Positions 35,800 through 49,549 of a stretch of DNA of 64,000 bases are shown piece by piece. A program made the position numbers and the translations under genes. Source of the DNA: Antechinus flavipes (lineage: Eukaryota). The DNA is taken from contig NC_067398.1 in NCBI RefSeq assembly GCF_016432865.1, forward strand, positions 78,802,001-78,866,000. Direction: 5' to 3'. The notes under the pieces are model-generated. The model ran no database searches. It saw nothing but the letters and a program-made list of their open reading frames with translations, and had not been told where the DNA came from. The first letter of the stretch is position 1. Each line of letters begins with the position of its first letter.

Positions 35800-36700
35800 C
35801 AATAGAAACTAAAGCAGCGTACGCAGCTCAGCGGCGAGTCAGAAGTGAAAGGAAAAGGTCCGCGGCCCGAGAGAAGCCCGGGCAGGAGGGGCGGGGCCGA
35901 GAGAAGTCCGGGCAGGAGAGGCGGGGCGGGATGCTTCTCAGGGGCGTTTCCCCTCCAGCCGCAGGGGGCGCTGTTAGAGCGGAGGGTGAAGGGCCTGGAA
36001 GGGGAAGGACGGCCCCGCCCTTAGGGTTGCGAGGCACGTGTCCCGTGTACTGCGCGGGTTTTGGGTTTTGGCGCTCTGGGCTGGCGGCGTGGACAGACCG
36101 CAGGGCGGCTCTGGACCTGCCGGATACCCTGCTTCGGGCCGGAGGAGACGAAAAGGCCCTAGCCCCGGGGTCGCCTGCTCCGGTAAAGCCGGACCTCGCC
36201 TCCTGAGGCTGGGCTGCAGAAGCCGAAGGTGGGGCAGGAGGCCCGCGACCAGATACGGGAAGGAGACGAAGCTCTCGGGGAGGTACCGCGGTCTGCGGGA
36301 GGGACTACTCCCGACCTCCGGGCCCTGCACCCGAGGATTCCAGATCCAGAGCTCGGAGGGCTCCAGGAGAACCCGTCGAGGTTCCAGCCCTCGGGAGTCC
36401 GAGCTGACGTCGCGAAAGTGACCGGCCATTGGAACCCAGGTCTTCGTGACCCAGTGGCCCATGTCCTGCCCCAGAACTTGGGAGTGGGTTGCAGGAAGTG
36501 GGGGAGGGTGAAGGGTGAGACGGAAATTCACCCCAAGCCCTCGTGGGGAGGGATCGGCCCTAGGGAAGGGCTGGGCCTGCCGGGCATGGCGGCCACGTGC
36601 ACATGGCCAAAGCGAGGAATGAAACAAAATTAAATGGCCAGCGGCCTGCAGCCCTGGGGAGGTGAGGGAGGCAATCCACCCTACCCACGAGCCACAGAGC
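35800..36700 (+). promoter_or_regulatory. CpG-island promoter and exon 1 of gene 3 (exon ends 36182; ancestral ATG replaced by CTA at 36159)
   Basis: CpG-rich; two 30-bp GC-box units at ~35867-35926; CTA GCC CCG GGG TCG CCT GCT CCG|GTAAAG aligns with ATG GCC CCT GGA GCG CCT GCT CCG|GTAAGA of gene 1. Confidence 0.8.
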
Positions 36701-38739
36701 ATGTGAGTGGCTTTGTGAAGCACCCACTTCAGGGGACGAAGAAACTGACCCAGACTCCTCCAGCTGTGGACTATTAAAAAGAGTTTGTCCCCCAGAAAGC
36801 TCCCCCCAGCAGAGTGCCTGCCTTTGGTGTCCATCTCAACTTGGGTCAGCCCTGGGAGGACTTCTTTTAGGGAAGCTCCTCAGGTATCAGCTGGGGCAAA
36901 AACCTTCCCCAGGCTGACCTCAAATGAGAGAAACTAGCAGTTCTTAGCCAGAGGAGCTGATCTCTGTTCAGGAAGAGTACCCAGCCCGGCCAGGGGGCGT
37001 TGGTAGATGCTTTCCTGATTTTATCCTGCCCCAAAATACCACAGGGGCAGAAGGAGCTAAAAATCATCCTCTTTGTAAATTATGAGTTGAACTTAGCTAG
37101 TACTTTTATTAGGAGATTATTTTCTAAACACCAGCAGGCTACTTAGAAGAAGTAGATTCTATGGATTTTAATATTCTTGATAAAAACAAGACCCAATATA
37201 GCAAAGTCATGGATGAGTTGAAGGACAAGGAATGTTCCACACATGGGAACTGGCCTAATGTGGAGGCCAGTGGTAAAACAACATATGCAGGGAACAAGAG
37301 CTGGCCAGTTTGAGTGGAACTTGGTTGAAGTGGGAGCTGGAATACTATTTCTAGGTTCACTGCTTTACCATCAACACTGTACACTCCTTGGCTACTCCTG
37401 GCAGGAACACAGGTCCCTAAAACTGATGCTACTTCCCCTGCCCCCCAAAAAATAAAATAACAAGAGCAGCATTCAAGATCACATCCAGGTGCCTTGGGCA
37501 GTGGGAGGTTCTGCGATGGGTGGCCCAAACCTTGTCCAAGTGGTTCACACTAGAGTGTGATTGACACTTGTCAATCCAAGAGTTAGATGCACCAAGCACA
37601 CATGGCTATTCTCCCAGTTGAGCATCCTCGACTGTATACCCCTCTGTAGGGCTCCAGTTCAAGATCCACCTCTTCAGGAAGCTGCCCACTGTGGTCTCTC
37701 CCTGTCTATTCCCTATCTTGTGCTCCCTATAGAGTCTACCTTTCAAATGAATCAAGTATTTTACTTCTTGCTTTTCAAGTGCCAGGCACTCTACTAAGCA
37801 CCAGGATTACAAAGACCAAAGTGAAACAGCCCCAGACCTCAAACAGCTTGTCTTCTAATGGAAGAGACAGTGTCCATAGATATACATATAGACAAAATAG
37901 AGATAAAATACTTGTTACTTTAAAGGAGAAGTCATTCACAACTGGGATTTTGGGTTTCAGGGTAGAAATAGAAAAGGATTCCCACAGAAGATGCATGCTC
38001 CAGCTGAATCTTAAAGGAAGCCAAGGATTCAGAAATGAGGAAGAAGGGCATTCCAGGCAAGCACACAGCCCAGTATAAAGACAAGGAGATAAGCCATGGA
38101 GCCTCCTTTGTGAAGAATAGCCCTTCAGGATGCCAGGAGGTAAGTAATGTGTATCATTAAAATAATAGGAAGGGAACAAGTGAAGAGGTTTACATGCCAG
38201 ACAGAGAGAACTTCATGCTTCGGTTTAAAGATAAGAGGGCACCATTGGAGTTTTTTTAGGTAGGGGGTTACTTGAATATGAAAAGAATAAATTACTTAAT
38301 GTTGAACACAAAAATTATGCGTTCCTTGGATAAATACTACTGGGCTCTGAATAATGAATCAGTATATACACAGCAAAGAAAATAGAATTCCTATTGGAGC
38401 AGAATCACATTTTAGGCTTTAATGAATTATGATTTGGGATTTTAGGAGAAACAATCTAGATAAATTACTTGCCAAAGGCTATTTGAAAGTATTCAAATCT
38501 TTTTTTAGAAACCTCCCCCCTTTAAAAAAATATGAATTTGTCTCCTACAATTTTTGTGATTGAAAATTATAAATCCACTTTCTAATATGTGGTATTGTTG
38601 TTCATACTGAATTTGCTCAGGATTCAATCATTTCCTTGCCAAAAAATTTTTATTTCTATCCAATTTTCTTACTTGTATAGATCAGTTTTTCAGAATACTT
38701 AAATTATAGCTGGCTTCCTAATGGACCATTCTACAATTT

Positions 38740-39480
38740 TAAATGCTTGTTATTTTGGTATCTGTCATCAGCATGTTAGATTTGATTGATGCTGAGTAAG
38801 GGAAGGGGACTATTCTGTTCTCACCAGAGAACATTAGATATTTGGGGACTGAGAAAGATTGAAGAGTAAAGGTTGACTGCAACATTGCAGACCTACGTTT
38901 TCTGGAAGAATGGTCATATCCTTGAAAGAAATAGAAGAATAGATTTGAGGAATTGGAGGGGGTGGAGATAACAAATTCTTTTTTAAGCATGCTGAGTTTG
39001 AGATAACTATGAACTGTTAAAGTGGAGCTCTCCTGCAAGCAGATAATATGGAATGAGAGGTCAGTAGATGTAGAAGGATCATATAGGTAGATTGGGAAAT
39101 TACCTGTTAAAAAAGAGTTGACATGCAAACTGGTAAGATCAGTAAGAATATAGAACAAGAAATACTCAGGACTAAAATTTAGAATACTCTTGCACTCATG
39201 TGGAAGGACTTGGATAACAATCTTACAAAAAGACAAAGAAGTGATTAGACATAGAGGAAGCTAATCAGAAAAGTAGTGTCATGACAAACTGACAAGGGCA
39301 AGTACCCCAAAGGAGGGGGTTATGTTATCAGGTTCTGACTGCATGTAGGCCAAGAAGATGGGAACTGAGAACAGGATGAGACTAGTATTAAGGTGGAGAA
39401 ATAGGTGAGAGTTAAGGTGGTAAAGGCCATGAGTATCAGAAAATTCTAAGAAGTGGTTGTATAAGATGAGAGAGGAAGGA
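38740..39480 (-). mobile_element. L2 LINE fragment in intron 1 of gene 3
   Basis: Purine-rich + strand with L2 motifs (aagcatgctgagtttgagataact..., gaactgagaacagg); accounts for ORF 38739-39236. Confidence 0.6.
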
Positions 39481-40841
39481 CTTAACCTGAGGAGATGGTA
39501 GGATCAAAGGAAGGTTCTTCTTAAAATCTAAATGGGATATAAACATTCTTACTCAGCAGGAAAGGTCAAAAAATGTATAGGATTAAAGGAACAAACTCTT
39601 AGAGAAACCTGGAGGGGATTATGACCATGGCATAAATAGAGACTTTGGCCTAAGCACTTCTTCTAGGACTAGAAAGTTGGAGGACAGGGCAGATGCCATA
39701 TTGTGGAGATTTTAATGTGTAGGATGTAGACGATATAGGGATAAATGGTCTCAGTGGTTTCAGGCTAGAGGTCAGATGCCCAGAGGATTAGAGTCTGGGC
39801 CCTGGACCTGAGAGGAGCAGATGGAGAAGTCAAAGTAGGATTTTTAAATTTAGAGCCAAAAAAGAGCTTTTAATGATTATATAGAACAATTGCCTCATTT
39901 TATAGATGAGCAAACAGTTATGAAGAGACTTTGCCAAGACTCTCATATTAGTTTTAGAATAACAGTTCTTGGGTTTTTTCACAATGTAAAACACTGAGCA
40001 TCTGCCATCAATGTTATTGGCATTTGAAAAAAAGAATCCTTGTGTCTTGGAAGATATATTTACGCCCCTGCCTTCTTGTGGGCTACAATCAAAGTCAAAT
40101 TTAAAATTATTTTTTAAAAAATACATCTTGTGGGAATCAGTTTATAATATCCACTATGTGTGAAAGAAAAGCAATTAAAAGCAGATTACTGAATTGATGC
40201 AGTAAAATAAGCAGGAAAAGTATAAGTAACAATTTAAATGGGATAAATATAAAGAAATTAAATTATATATATAAATATAAATAAATATAATATAAATTAA
40301 ATTAAATTAAATTAAATTAAATTGGAAATTTCCCAAAGAAGAACTGGGAAAAATCCGTCCCTCTCCTCTTTTTTTCAAAATTAGGGGACTAAGGGTGTCA
40401 TATTGTCAGATAGCTTTGCTATTTTCCTATTGCACTGCACTCTTGCCTTAGATGTAGCACTCTAGCTTCCACCTTGGAGTCCTGGACTCTATTGGAACTG
40501 TATCAATTAATTACCCTGTGATCCACCATACCACTGATTTTCCCTACCAAAACACTTTTCCTTGTCCATCTGTCCCCTTAGGCATTGTCCTCCTATTTTT
40601 ATCCCCAGTGCTTGGCACTATGCCAAGTATATCATAAGCAGTTAACAAATATTTTTCATGTGTTGGTTTTACTAAACAGTTGGGTTTTTTTAATTCTTTG
40701 TTACTAGGGATGGTTTGTCAAGTAAGGGAAAGGAAGATTTGGAAACAGTAGTAGAAAAATGAAAGACAGAAATGGAATTTTAAAAGTTTCTGAAATAGTA
40801 GTGAAGAGTGAAGGTAATGTGTTTCACATTTGTGGTTCCAG

Positions 40842-43800
40842 ATGCCTGTGACATTTGACGATGTGACCGTATATTTCACGGAGCAAGAATGGAATATCTT
40901 AGAGGAGTGGCAGAAAGAGCTTTACAAAGATGTGGTGACAACCAATTATAGAACCTTAATCTCACTGGGTAAGATGTTTTCATGAGGAATTTTGAGGATG
41001 AATCAGAATCAGATCCTGAAGAGACCTCCAAAAGTCATCTAGCATGAATGCTTAGAGCTTACAGTGTAGCTAGATAGGTAGTTCTTCAATATGGGTGATT
41101 GTTCTATTCAATTCAGTTCATTGCATTTATTGAGATAGTAGTGATTAGGAGTACAAAGACAACCATGAAACTATAATTGGTAACAGCTGCCATCAATATT
41201 GACAACGATCACCTCAAAATTGGAGACTTTGGCTACTGTGAATGCTCAGACTATCACAGTGATTCAACTTATCTCCATACGAGCTCCAATATCTCAAGGG
41301 TGTAGCTGCTCTACAGCATTTTTCTAGATTTTTGCTGGTATCTGGGGCTTTTTTTGGTTGATAGCATTGACCCTCAAGATGTCATCTCAGGCCAGTCTTA
41401 GTTGTCTCCTTTCTCCCGTTTGGAGTCATCATCTCCTTTTCAGTTCTATAAATATATCATGAATACCCACAAGAACAAATTGACAACTTGGAAGTTTTCT
41501 GTCCTCAAGTGCATCTCCTAATTCTTTTCCTTTTAACAGCTTTATTCTAAATTTTAGGTCCCTTTTTGTCAAAAACAGATCTAGAATTTTATATAGGCCT
41601 CCTGCTCTGCTTGTACAGCTGACAAATGTATCCCTACTGTGTGAAGAGTGCTAAATTGAGTTTTGTGGGAAATATAGAAATCTGTATACATACACATATG
41701 TGTGTTTGTGTATATGGTAAGGAGGGAGAGAAAAATCTGTACGTACACATATGTGTGTTTGTGTGTATGGTAAGGAAGGAGGGAGGGAGGGAGACCCAGG
41801 ACTTCCTGATTCTAGGCCTAGCTGTCTCTGCTGTCAATAGGTCTCAAACTTACTGCCACTGGGGAGCAGGTTAAAATGGAATTGGGAAATGTTTGACAAA
41901 GTAAAAATATGGCACAACATAGATGATGTTAATTTGTGGTTTTCTATGGCAGTATTCTGCCAGCTAGGATCTGTTTCTATTTTGAGTTTCAACACTCTTA
42001 CTCTCTTCTTTTTTTTTTTTTTTTTAAATCTTTTTATTGACAGAACCCATGCCAGGGTAATTTTTTACAGCATTATTCCTTGCACTCACTTCTGTTCTGA
42101 TTTTTCCCCTCCCTCTCTCCACTCCCTCCCCCAGATGGCAAGCAGTCCTTTACATGTTAAATAGGTTACAGTATATCCTAGATACAATATATGTGTGCAA
42201 AACCGAACAGTTCTCTTGTTGCACAGGGAAAATTGGATTCAGAAGGTATAAATAACCCGAGAAGAAAAACAAAAATGCAAGCAGTTTATATTCATTTCCC
42301 AGTGTTCTTTCTTTGGATATAGCTGCATCCTTGATCAATTGAAACTGAATTAGCTCTCTTTATCGAAGAAAACCACTTCCATCAGAATACATCCTCAAAC
42401 AGTATCATTGTTGAGGTATATAATAATCTCCTGGTTCTGCTCATTTCACTTAGCATCAGTTCATGTAAGTCTTGCCAGTCCTCTCTGTATTCATCCTGCT
42501 GGTCATTTCTTACAGAACAATAATATTCCATAACATTCATATATCACAATTTACTTAACCATTCTCCAGTTGATGGGCAGCCATTCATTTTCCAGCTTCT
42601 AGCCACTACAAACAGGGCTGCCACAAACATTTTGGCACATACAGGTCCCTTTCCCTTCTTTGGGAATATCTCTTTGGGGTATAAGCCCAGTAGAAACACT
42701 GCTGGATCAAAGGGTATACACATTTTGATAACTTTTTGAGCATAGTTCCAAATTGCTCTCCAGAATGGCTGGATGCAACACCCCTACTCTCAAGACACTC
42801 TGCTTTTCTTATCAGTGTAAAACAAACAAGCTCTCCAGGAACTAGTAGTCTTTTTGCAAACAGCATTGGATATAAATATACATTTGTAAATAATAGAGTT
42901 GAGTTTTTTTTGAAGATGGGGAAATGCATGGCTTGAGAATTCCCTACACATGGTTGTAATCTAATAGATATACTTTAGAGAATTGGTCATGTTCCCTATT
43001 GTCCCTTATACTTCCAAATCCAGCCCTCTGCTCATTCCATTCCCTCTGGTACCTGAACCTCTAGTCTGAAAGTATTATGTAAAATTCAGGTTAGCTCCCC
43101 AGATAGTGTCAGTGGTATGCTCTGACTCTTGGAACTTCCCTACCTAGCACTGACCAATATGCCACACTTAGTTCTAAATTATGTTTAAAATGGCAATAGT
43201 AATACTTGATCTATCTTATAAGGTTTTCGTAGACTTCAAAACACCATATAAATGTGACTCGATGTGAGGCAAGTCCTTAACTCTGAGCAGGACAGTCCAT
43301 CCATTTGAGCCAGATGGTAATGAAAACTTATTACCAAGAACACTGGGGAACATTTTACCTAGAGCCATTTTTTTTCAAGACACATTCATTCAAAGATTGA
43401 TTTTATGACAGTTTCCACATTTTGAGTTAACTCAAATAGCTATCAAGGAACTCAAAACCCAAAAGTAATTATAATTTAATCGCCATACATAGTACTGAAC
43501 TTTAAGAGAGAAGAAATTAACTTACATGCATCTTAGAACCAGAGAGATATAGGGTATCACTCCAGGAACCTAGTATTAGGATATGGACATCTCCATTAGG
43601 ATATGGGACAGGTGTTCCCAAAACTTGTGCTTCTAGGAAGCTTAAGGAAAATAAGCTTACTTGCTGTTTTGTGGCCTCTTGTCCAGGCTATGACATTCCC
43701 AAACCAGACTTGATAATCCAGATTGAACAAGGAGAAGAGCCATTCATCAGAGATCAGAGACACTTGGGCACAAGGGAACTAACTGTTGATTCCAGGACTG

Positions 43801-46712
43801 ATGAGCCTCGTGACTTGAAGAACACACAGGATCAACTGTTTTCTGGTGAGTGAGAAGAGGTAAAAGGAGTGAAACTAAAGAGTCCATGTTCAAATTTTCC
43901 TGTCCACTTGAGCTTTGATTTGATGTCAGGGGTTTGATGTCAGGGCTGCCCTGGGTTTCACGAGAACAGGTAGAGAGATCAGTATCCAGAGTTTCAGGCC
44001 CCAAACCACCGTACTGCCATGCACAAACAGGAGCTCTGTCTTATTGTTTCAAAAACCTGAAATTTTAGTTTCTGAAAAAGAAATCTGTCATAGGTTGGGG
44101 AGTCAAATTTGTAATATGATAGAAAATATCTTGCTTTTTTTTTTTTTTTTTTGGCTGTTGCCTTCCAGTGGCTAAGTAAATCATGAACTAGATCACTAGA
44201 ACAGAAGACTGCTCCAGAGAAAGCATTGAATTCCTAGTTAGCTCCACAAGGCAAAAAGAAAAAAAAAAAAAACATATACACATGAGCTGTCAGTGGAATT
44301 TTGATGCTCTGCTTTTAGTTGACTAAAATAACTGACATTCCTTAACAAAAATAGAAAGGCCTATGATATGACTGAGACAACAGACAAGATACAAGAGAAA
44401 AAAAATTCTTAAGCATCCAATTTTCTTTCCCAAAGAGTAGTTCCATTTCTTTAGTAGCCACAAGAAATATTTGTTCCAGATCAGTAAGAATTTGGGAAAA
44501 ATTCATTCTCAACAGACAATTAAATTTTCAGCTTTGAATCTCCAAAGGAAGGAGAATATAACTAGGTGGTTCTTCCTGATTCCCTTTTTTTTCTTTCAAT
44601 GTCCCTAAGAGAAGCAATACAGTATTATGGAAGGAGCTTATTACTGTGCTCAGTTACTTGTTACACTCCCACCTGTACCAACTACTACAATCCATTTAAT
44701 CTTTCTGAGCTGTAATTTCCTCATAGGTGAAATGGGGATAGCAATGTTTGCACAACATGCAGGGTATTTTACAGAACTACCATAAGAATAGCATGTAGTA
44801 TATGTAAAGTCCCAAAGACTCACCATTCTTCCAGAGTAAGATCTTCGAGCAAACTTTGTGGTAGCATTTTTGAAATTAACATTGTCCTGGAGTCTCCGTA
44901 GGTCTGATCTCCATGAGTCACATCAGAGACTGGGAAATGTAGAGGTCTGGAACTCTGAAAAGGTATACTTGAATCTAAGACAGCAGAGCACTTAAGGCTA
45001 ATTACCTACTCAATGTGAGGTTAGTTTTATAAGCATATACTTATATGATATGATGATATGATGGCTCTCCTCTCAACTGACACTTGCTGAATGTGTGGTA
45101 GAGAAATAATCATAGGCAAAGATTGGAGGACCGAGGGAGAAAGATCAGATTCTCTCTGCCACAGCGCGATGAGGAGAGAAGACCTCAGGCTTCAGACTTC
45201 AGAATTCAGGATTCATCCTTGATGAGTCTTGTGGCAGTTTGCCTATCTCCTTCACTTCTTCTAAAGACCAAGGTCTTTGACTGATCCTGAGGCTCTCTTG
45301 AGAGCTATCCCGGACATTATAGGGGAAGATGTATCCATGCAGAATATTTTAATTGCTATTGTCTTCAAGAGGAGAATCTTTGGACTCAGATTTAGAGCTT
45401 AATGTTATGAATGAGGTAGATTTCTTGACTTTGTATGTGTAAAGAGGGATAAGAAGTAGAAAAAGGGGTCTCCACAATCTGTATTTAGTCATGATGATGA
45501 AATAAAAAAGATGAATTTTGTTGTTGTTGTTGAAGCATTTGGAGTTAAGTGACTTGCCCAGGGTCACACATCTAGGAAGTGTTAAGTATCTGCAACCAGA
45601 TTTGAACTCAGGTTCTCCTGACTTCAGGGCTGGTACTTTATCCACTGTACCACCTAGCTGCCCCAAAAAAGATGAATTTAGGGGCAAAGCAAAAGCATAT
45701 TTAGCAGTGACATTTTGGAATTTTAGAACAGCTTAGAGTCAGTATCTAACTTTGCCGAGGGCAAAGAAAAGTTAATTTGGTTCAAAAAATTATAATGCCA
45801 TATATTTATATAGTGCTTTATAAGTTATAAAGGATTGTGTGAAGTCTATTCTTTGATTCACACAGTAGCCCCTTGAAATAAGGAGAGAGAGAGTGTGTGT
45901 GTGTGTTTGTGTGTGTGTACATACAAAATATGTTTATAATGCTTTGTTCCATAGCTTTGTCATGGTACAGCCATGAAAATTAATAGTATTTTTTGTTTTT
46001 AATTCCAGGGAATTCTACATCTTCAAGTTCAAAAGAGCAAGAAAACCTCCAAAAACAGAATTCTTCTTGGCTTTTACCATTCCGCTGTAGTGAGTGTAAT
46101 AAGGGTTTCACCCACAAGTCTCAACTAGCCAATCACATCAGGATACACAGAGAGAAGAAACCCTTCTTCTGCACCGAGTGCAATAAGAACTATGGCAGGA
46201 AGGACCGACTGCTCCGGCACCAGCGCCTGCACACAGGGGAGAGGCCCTTCCAGTGCCCTGAGTGTGACAAGAGCTTCCACCAAAAGGGCCATCTGCTCAG
46301 GCACCTGCCCCTGCACACGGGGGAGAGACCCTTCCAATGTCCTGAGTGTGACAAGAGCTTCCGAGTGAAAGCCGACATGAAGGCCCACCAACGCCGGCAC
46401 AGCGGGGAAAGGCCATTTTCATGTCCAGAATGTGGTAAGGGCTTCACCAAACACTGCCATCTTACCGAGCACATCAGACTACATACTGGGGAGAAGCCCT
46501 TCCATTGCCCCGAGTGTGACAAGAGCTTTCGCCTGAAAGCGGACATGAAGGGTCACTTGCGCACTCACAACAAGGCCAAATCATTCTGCTGCAGCGAGTG
46601 CGATAAGGCCTTCTCCAAGCAGTCCAAGCTCACAGCCCATGTTAAGGTGCACACCAAGAAACAGCACTACAAGGGCCTGCTCCATGGATTGATGGACCTG
46701 GACTGGAGTTAA
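40842..46712 (+). CDS. KRAB-C2H2 zinc-finger protein, ZNF786-like paralog (gene 3), 329 aa if initiated at exon 2, 7 fingers
   Basis: Exons 40842-40968 ([17 protein letters not shown]...SLG), 43687-43845 ([18 protein letters not shown]...), 46009-46712 (7 C2H2, ends [10 protein letters not shown]); 990 nt in frame, canonical splice sites. Start codon choice is inferred. Confidence 0.88.
42006..42775 (-). mobile_element. 5'-truncated L1 (dasyurid-type 3' end) with poly(A) tail and TSD
   Basis: Poly-T at ~42009-42025; minus-strand ORF2 C-terminus ([18 protein letters not shown]...); 16-bp TSD caacactcttactctc (41990-42005) / caacacccctactctc (42776-42791), 2 mismatches. Confidence 0.92.
44938..45321 (+). 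mobile_element. Solo ERV LTR in intron 3 of gene 3
   Basis: Starts TGTAGAGGTCTGGAACTCTGAAAAGG, ends ...gagctatcccggacattata (degenerate CA); near-TSD gggaaa/ggggaa. Confidence 0.65.
45519..45664 (-). mobile_element. WSINE1-type SINE with perfect 15-bp TSD
   Basis: Reverse complement of GGGGCAGCTAGGTGG...; TSD AAAAAAGATGAATTT at 45504-45518 and 45665-45679. Confidence 0.92.
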
Positions 46713-47464
46713 AAGCAGACCTCAAGCACACAAGGGCTGGATGTCAAGTGTACACCAGAGCAATTCAATGAGAAAAGATTTCAGATATTGTCTAATCCAA
46801 ACTCTATAACATCTTGGACCAGTAGTCTTTAAATCTCTGCTGGAACATCTCTAGTAATAGGAAACTTACTACCTCATGAGGCAGGTCATACTCCGTTCTG
46901 GAATAGCTCTGATTGTTGGGAAGTTCTTACTTAGATTGCACTATAGTCAGGCTCTCCATAACTTCCACCCACTTTTCACAATTCTTTCTGGAGCCAAGCA
47001 GAAGTTAAGTAAATATCTTATTCATAAGGCAGCTCTTCAGCTGTTCAGTGAAGGCTGGCCAGTAAAGTTGTGGTCACACTATGATGCTATTTTTTTGTTC
47101 AAAAACAAGATATAACTAAGAATGAGATTGGTGTTCTCATGTGCCTCATAAGCTAGCTCTGAAGAGGTTGTGACCTTTTCAAATGACACAGTACCTAGCC
47201 ATTGGCAAATCCCTTCTCACTGTCTGCTCCCTAAAAACCAAAGAGTTTCCCTTTGAAAGAGAGAGAACCCTGAACATAGAAATTAGACAGGGACAAGGAT
47301 CATCCTCCTACCCTCTTCAGGCCTGAACAGGGAAGACTTGAGTCACATGGGAATTTAGAGCCCGTATAATATATAGTCTTGAATGGACATAAGTGCATTG
47401 GTTGCTGAAGTTGTTTTCGTTTTTTATTTTGTTGGATTTTTGACTGTAATTTGTTAGACACAAC

Positions 47465-47470
47465 AATAAA
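47465..47470 (+). terminator. Candidate poly(A) signal of gene 3
   Basis: AATAAA in a 3' UTR block homologous to the gene 2 site at 29182. Confidence 0.55.
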
Positions 47471-49254
47471 ACATCTCTGAATTTAAACTGATTGATATGT
47501 ATGAAGAGTGAATGAAAGTTTCCACAGTCTCCTCAACTTAAGAAAAACTACTACACTAAGCAAGGAAACAATGAAAATAAGAGCTAGTCCCTGATTTACC
47601 AACCAGCTGTTAAATCATAGACAAGACACCCAATAAGATGGAAGGTAAATGTGGGGGAAGTACTGGAGTACTCTTGAGCTACATTGAAAAGGAAGATAGG
47701 AGACATTTCGGGCAGAAATATTGGCTGGGAAAATTTATCAGTTCACTAATGTGTCTGGAGAAAAAATACAAAAATTTCCACATTGAGGAAGCTAGGTTTT
47801 TACAGGGAGATTGGAAGAACAAGCTAGAAGACGACTAGTAGAAGACACTGGATTTGAAGTCTGAGAGGCATGAGTGAATCATTTATTTTGCTTTGTTAGC
47901 TCTGCAACTAAAGGAAAGGCACTGAACCTCAGAACTTCAATTTCCTCACCTATAATGCAAATACCACCTGTATATCTACCTCACCAGTTTGTAGACATGA
48001 TTGATCAAGCAACTGTGAAAATAAAATTAATATTTCATTTACAATTTATTCTTTTCATATTTATGGAGTCTTCCTTGTGAGCCAGGGCCTTCAATGAACT
48101 TAATACAGGCACAGGCTCAAAATGATGGCTGTCCACAAGCTCTGGAATCTCCTCTGCTTTAAAACTCTTGTTGTGCTAGCCCTTTGGAATAAAATTGCAG
48201 GATTATTTTTTTTCAAGCATTTTTATCACATCTTTCCCCTCTTCTGGATACTTCAGTGGTTCCTGGTTGTCTTCATGGCCAATTTGCCATGACCTGTCTT
48301 CCTCCACCATCCTAAGTCTTAACAGTCCATTTTGTTCTTCCTGCTTCTGGGACAATGAGTTTTTAGAGAAAATTCTGTTTTATTTCTCATAACACTTGTT
48401 TCAAACTTCCAAGTGTTCTTCAATTCCCTATAAATGTTCATCCATCAGCAAACATTTATTCTCATGTGTCAGAAACTGCTCAGCAGAAGGGAGACAAAAG
48501 TCCAAGATAGTGCTCACCCTCAGAAAGCTTGTATGTCACACCATTCCAAGGAGCAATCATTGGATTTTTGTGTCCTCAGCATTAAGTGAAAGCAGGTATA
48601 GGAAAAGTATTTGTGTAATGGTACGGCACAGAGCAAAATGCCTATAATAGCTAGGTCCTGATGGGTAAGTATAGGGGATGAAGCTGTCTGGTCACAAACC
48701 ATCCAAGGCAGCTGAACTGCTTTTATACTATACAGATTCATACCATCTAGTATGGGGCCCTTCTTCAAAATAGTTGTCTGTTTTCTCCTAATTTATGTCC
48801 AGACTGATTTGTCAGGGCTTCTTACATTTTTTTTTCCATTTTGCCCAAGAAATTCTTACTTGACCCTGTATATAGGTGCATAAAATATGCATACAAATGA
48901 AACGACCCCCATATTCAGTTATGAGACTCCATATGGGTTCACAAACCACAGTTTAAGAATCTACAATCGATGTGACCCATTCAAGAAGCCTCATTTATTC
49001 TCTTTACTGATAACATATCTTTATCCACTGACCATCCACTGAATACTAGAAGCAATCTCTTCCACCTCTAGTCTAATGTTCACTTTCTTCAAGGGCTTAG
49101 CACAGGCAAGTTTAGGGGACTGCCGCCCTGGGTCAAGTCCGTTACAAGTTACATAGTACTCGAGCGCGACCAGAGCTCAGTGACTTAGTGTTTCCAACAT
49201 AGTAAAGGGACACGGCCTGCCCTCGGGAAGGGAGTTCGGAGCTGGGAGAAATGA

Positions 49255-49410
49255 GCAAAGTGGGGCATTCTGCATAATAATAATAATAAATAAAATATAA
49301 CAATAAATAATAAAATAAATTTTATTAAAATTTATTGTTAATTATTAATAATTGGTTAATGATTATTAAATAAAAATTTAAAATAATAATTTAAAAAAGA
49401 ATAATAAATC
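49255..49410. repeat. AT-only low-complexity (AAT/AATAA) tract
   Basis: Almost pure A/T, directly upstream of the gene 4 CpG island. Confidence 0.85.
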
Positions 49411-49549
49411 TGGATGGAATTTAAGGTACAAAAGTGTGTAGAATGAAAGGAAGTAAAAGATAAAAGTATTGGGTTCGGGCCAACTGTGGCACAGGAATTC
49501 AAAGAGAGCATAGCAAATTGGGGAGGGGGGCGTCCCTTGGAAGCTGAAA

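Noticed and set aside
36586-36633. Strong-Kozak ATG (ggcATGg) in the gene 3 CpG island as a replacement start
   Set aside because: Lies downstream of the exon-1 donor (36183), in the intron, and stops after 15 codons.
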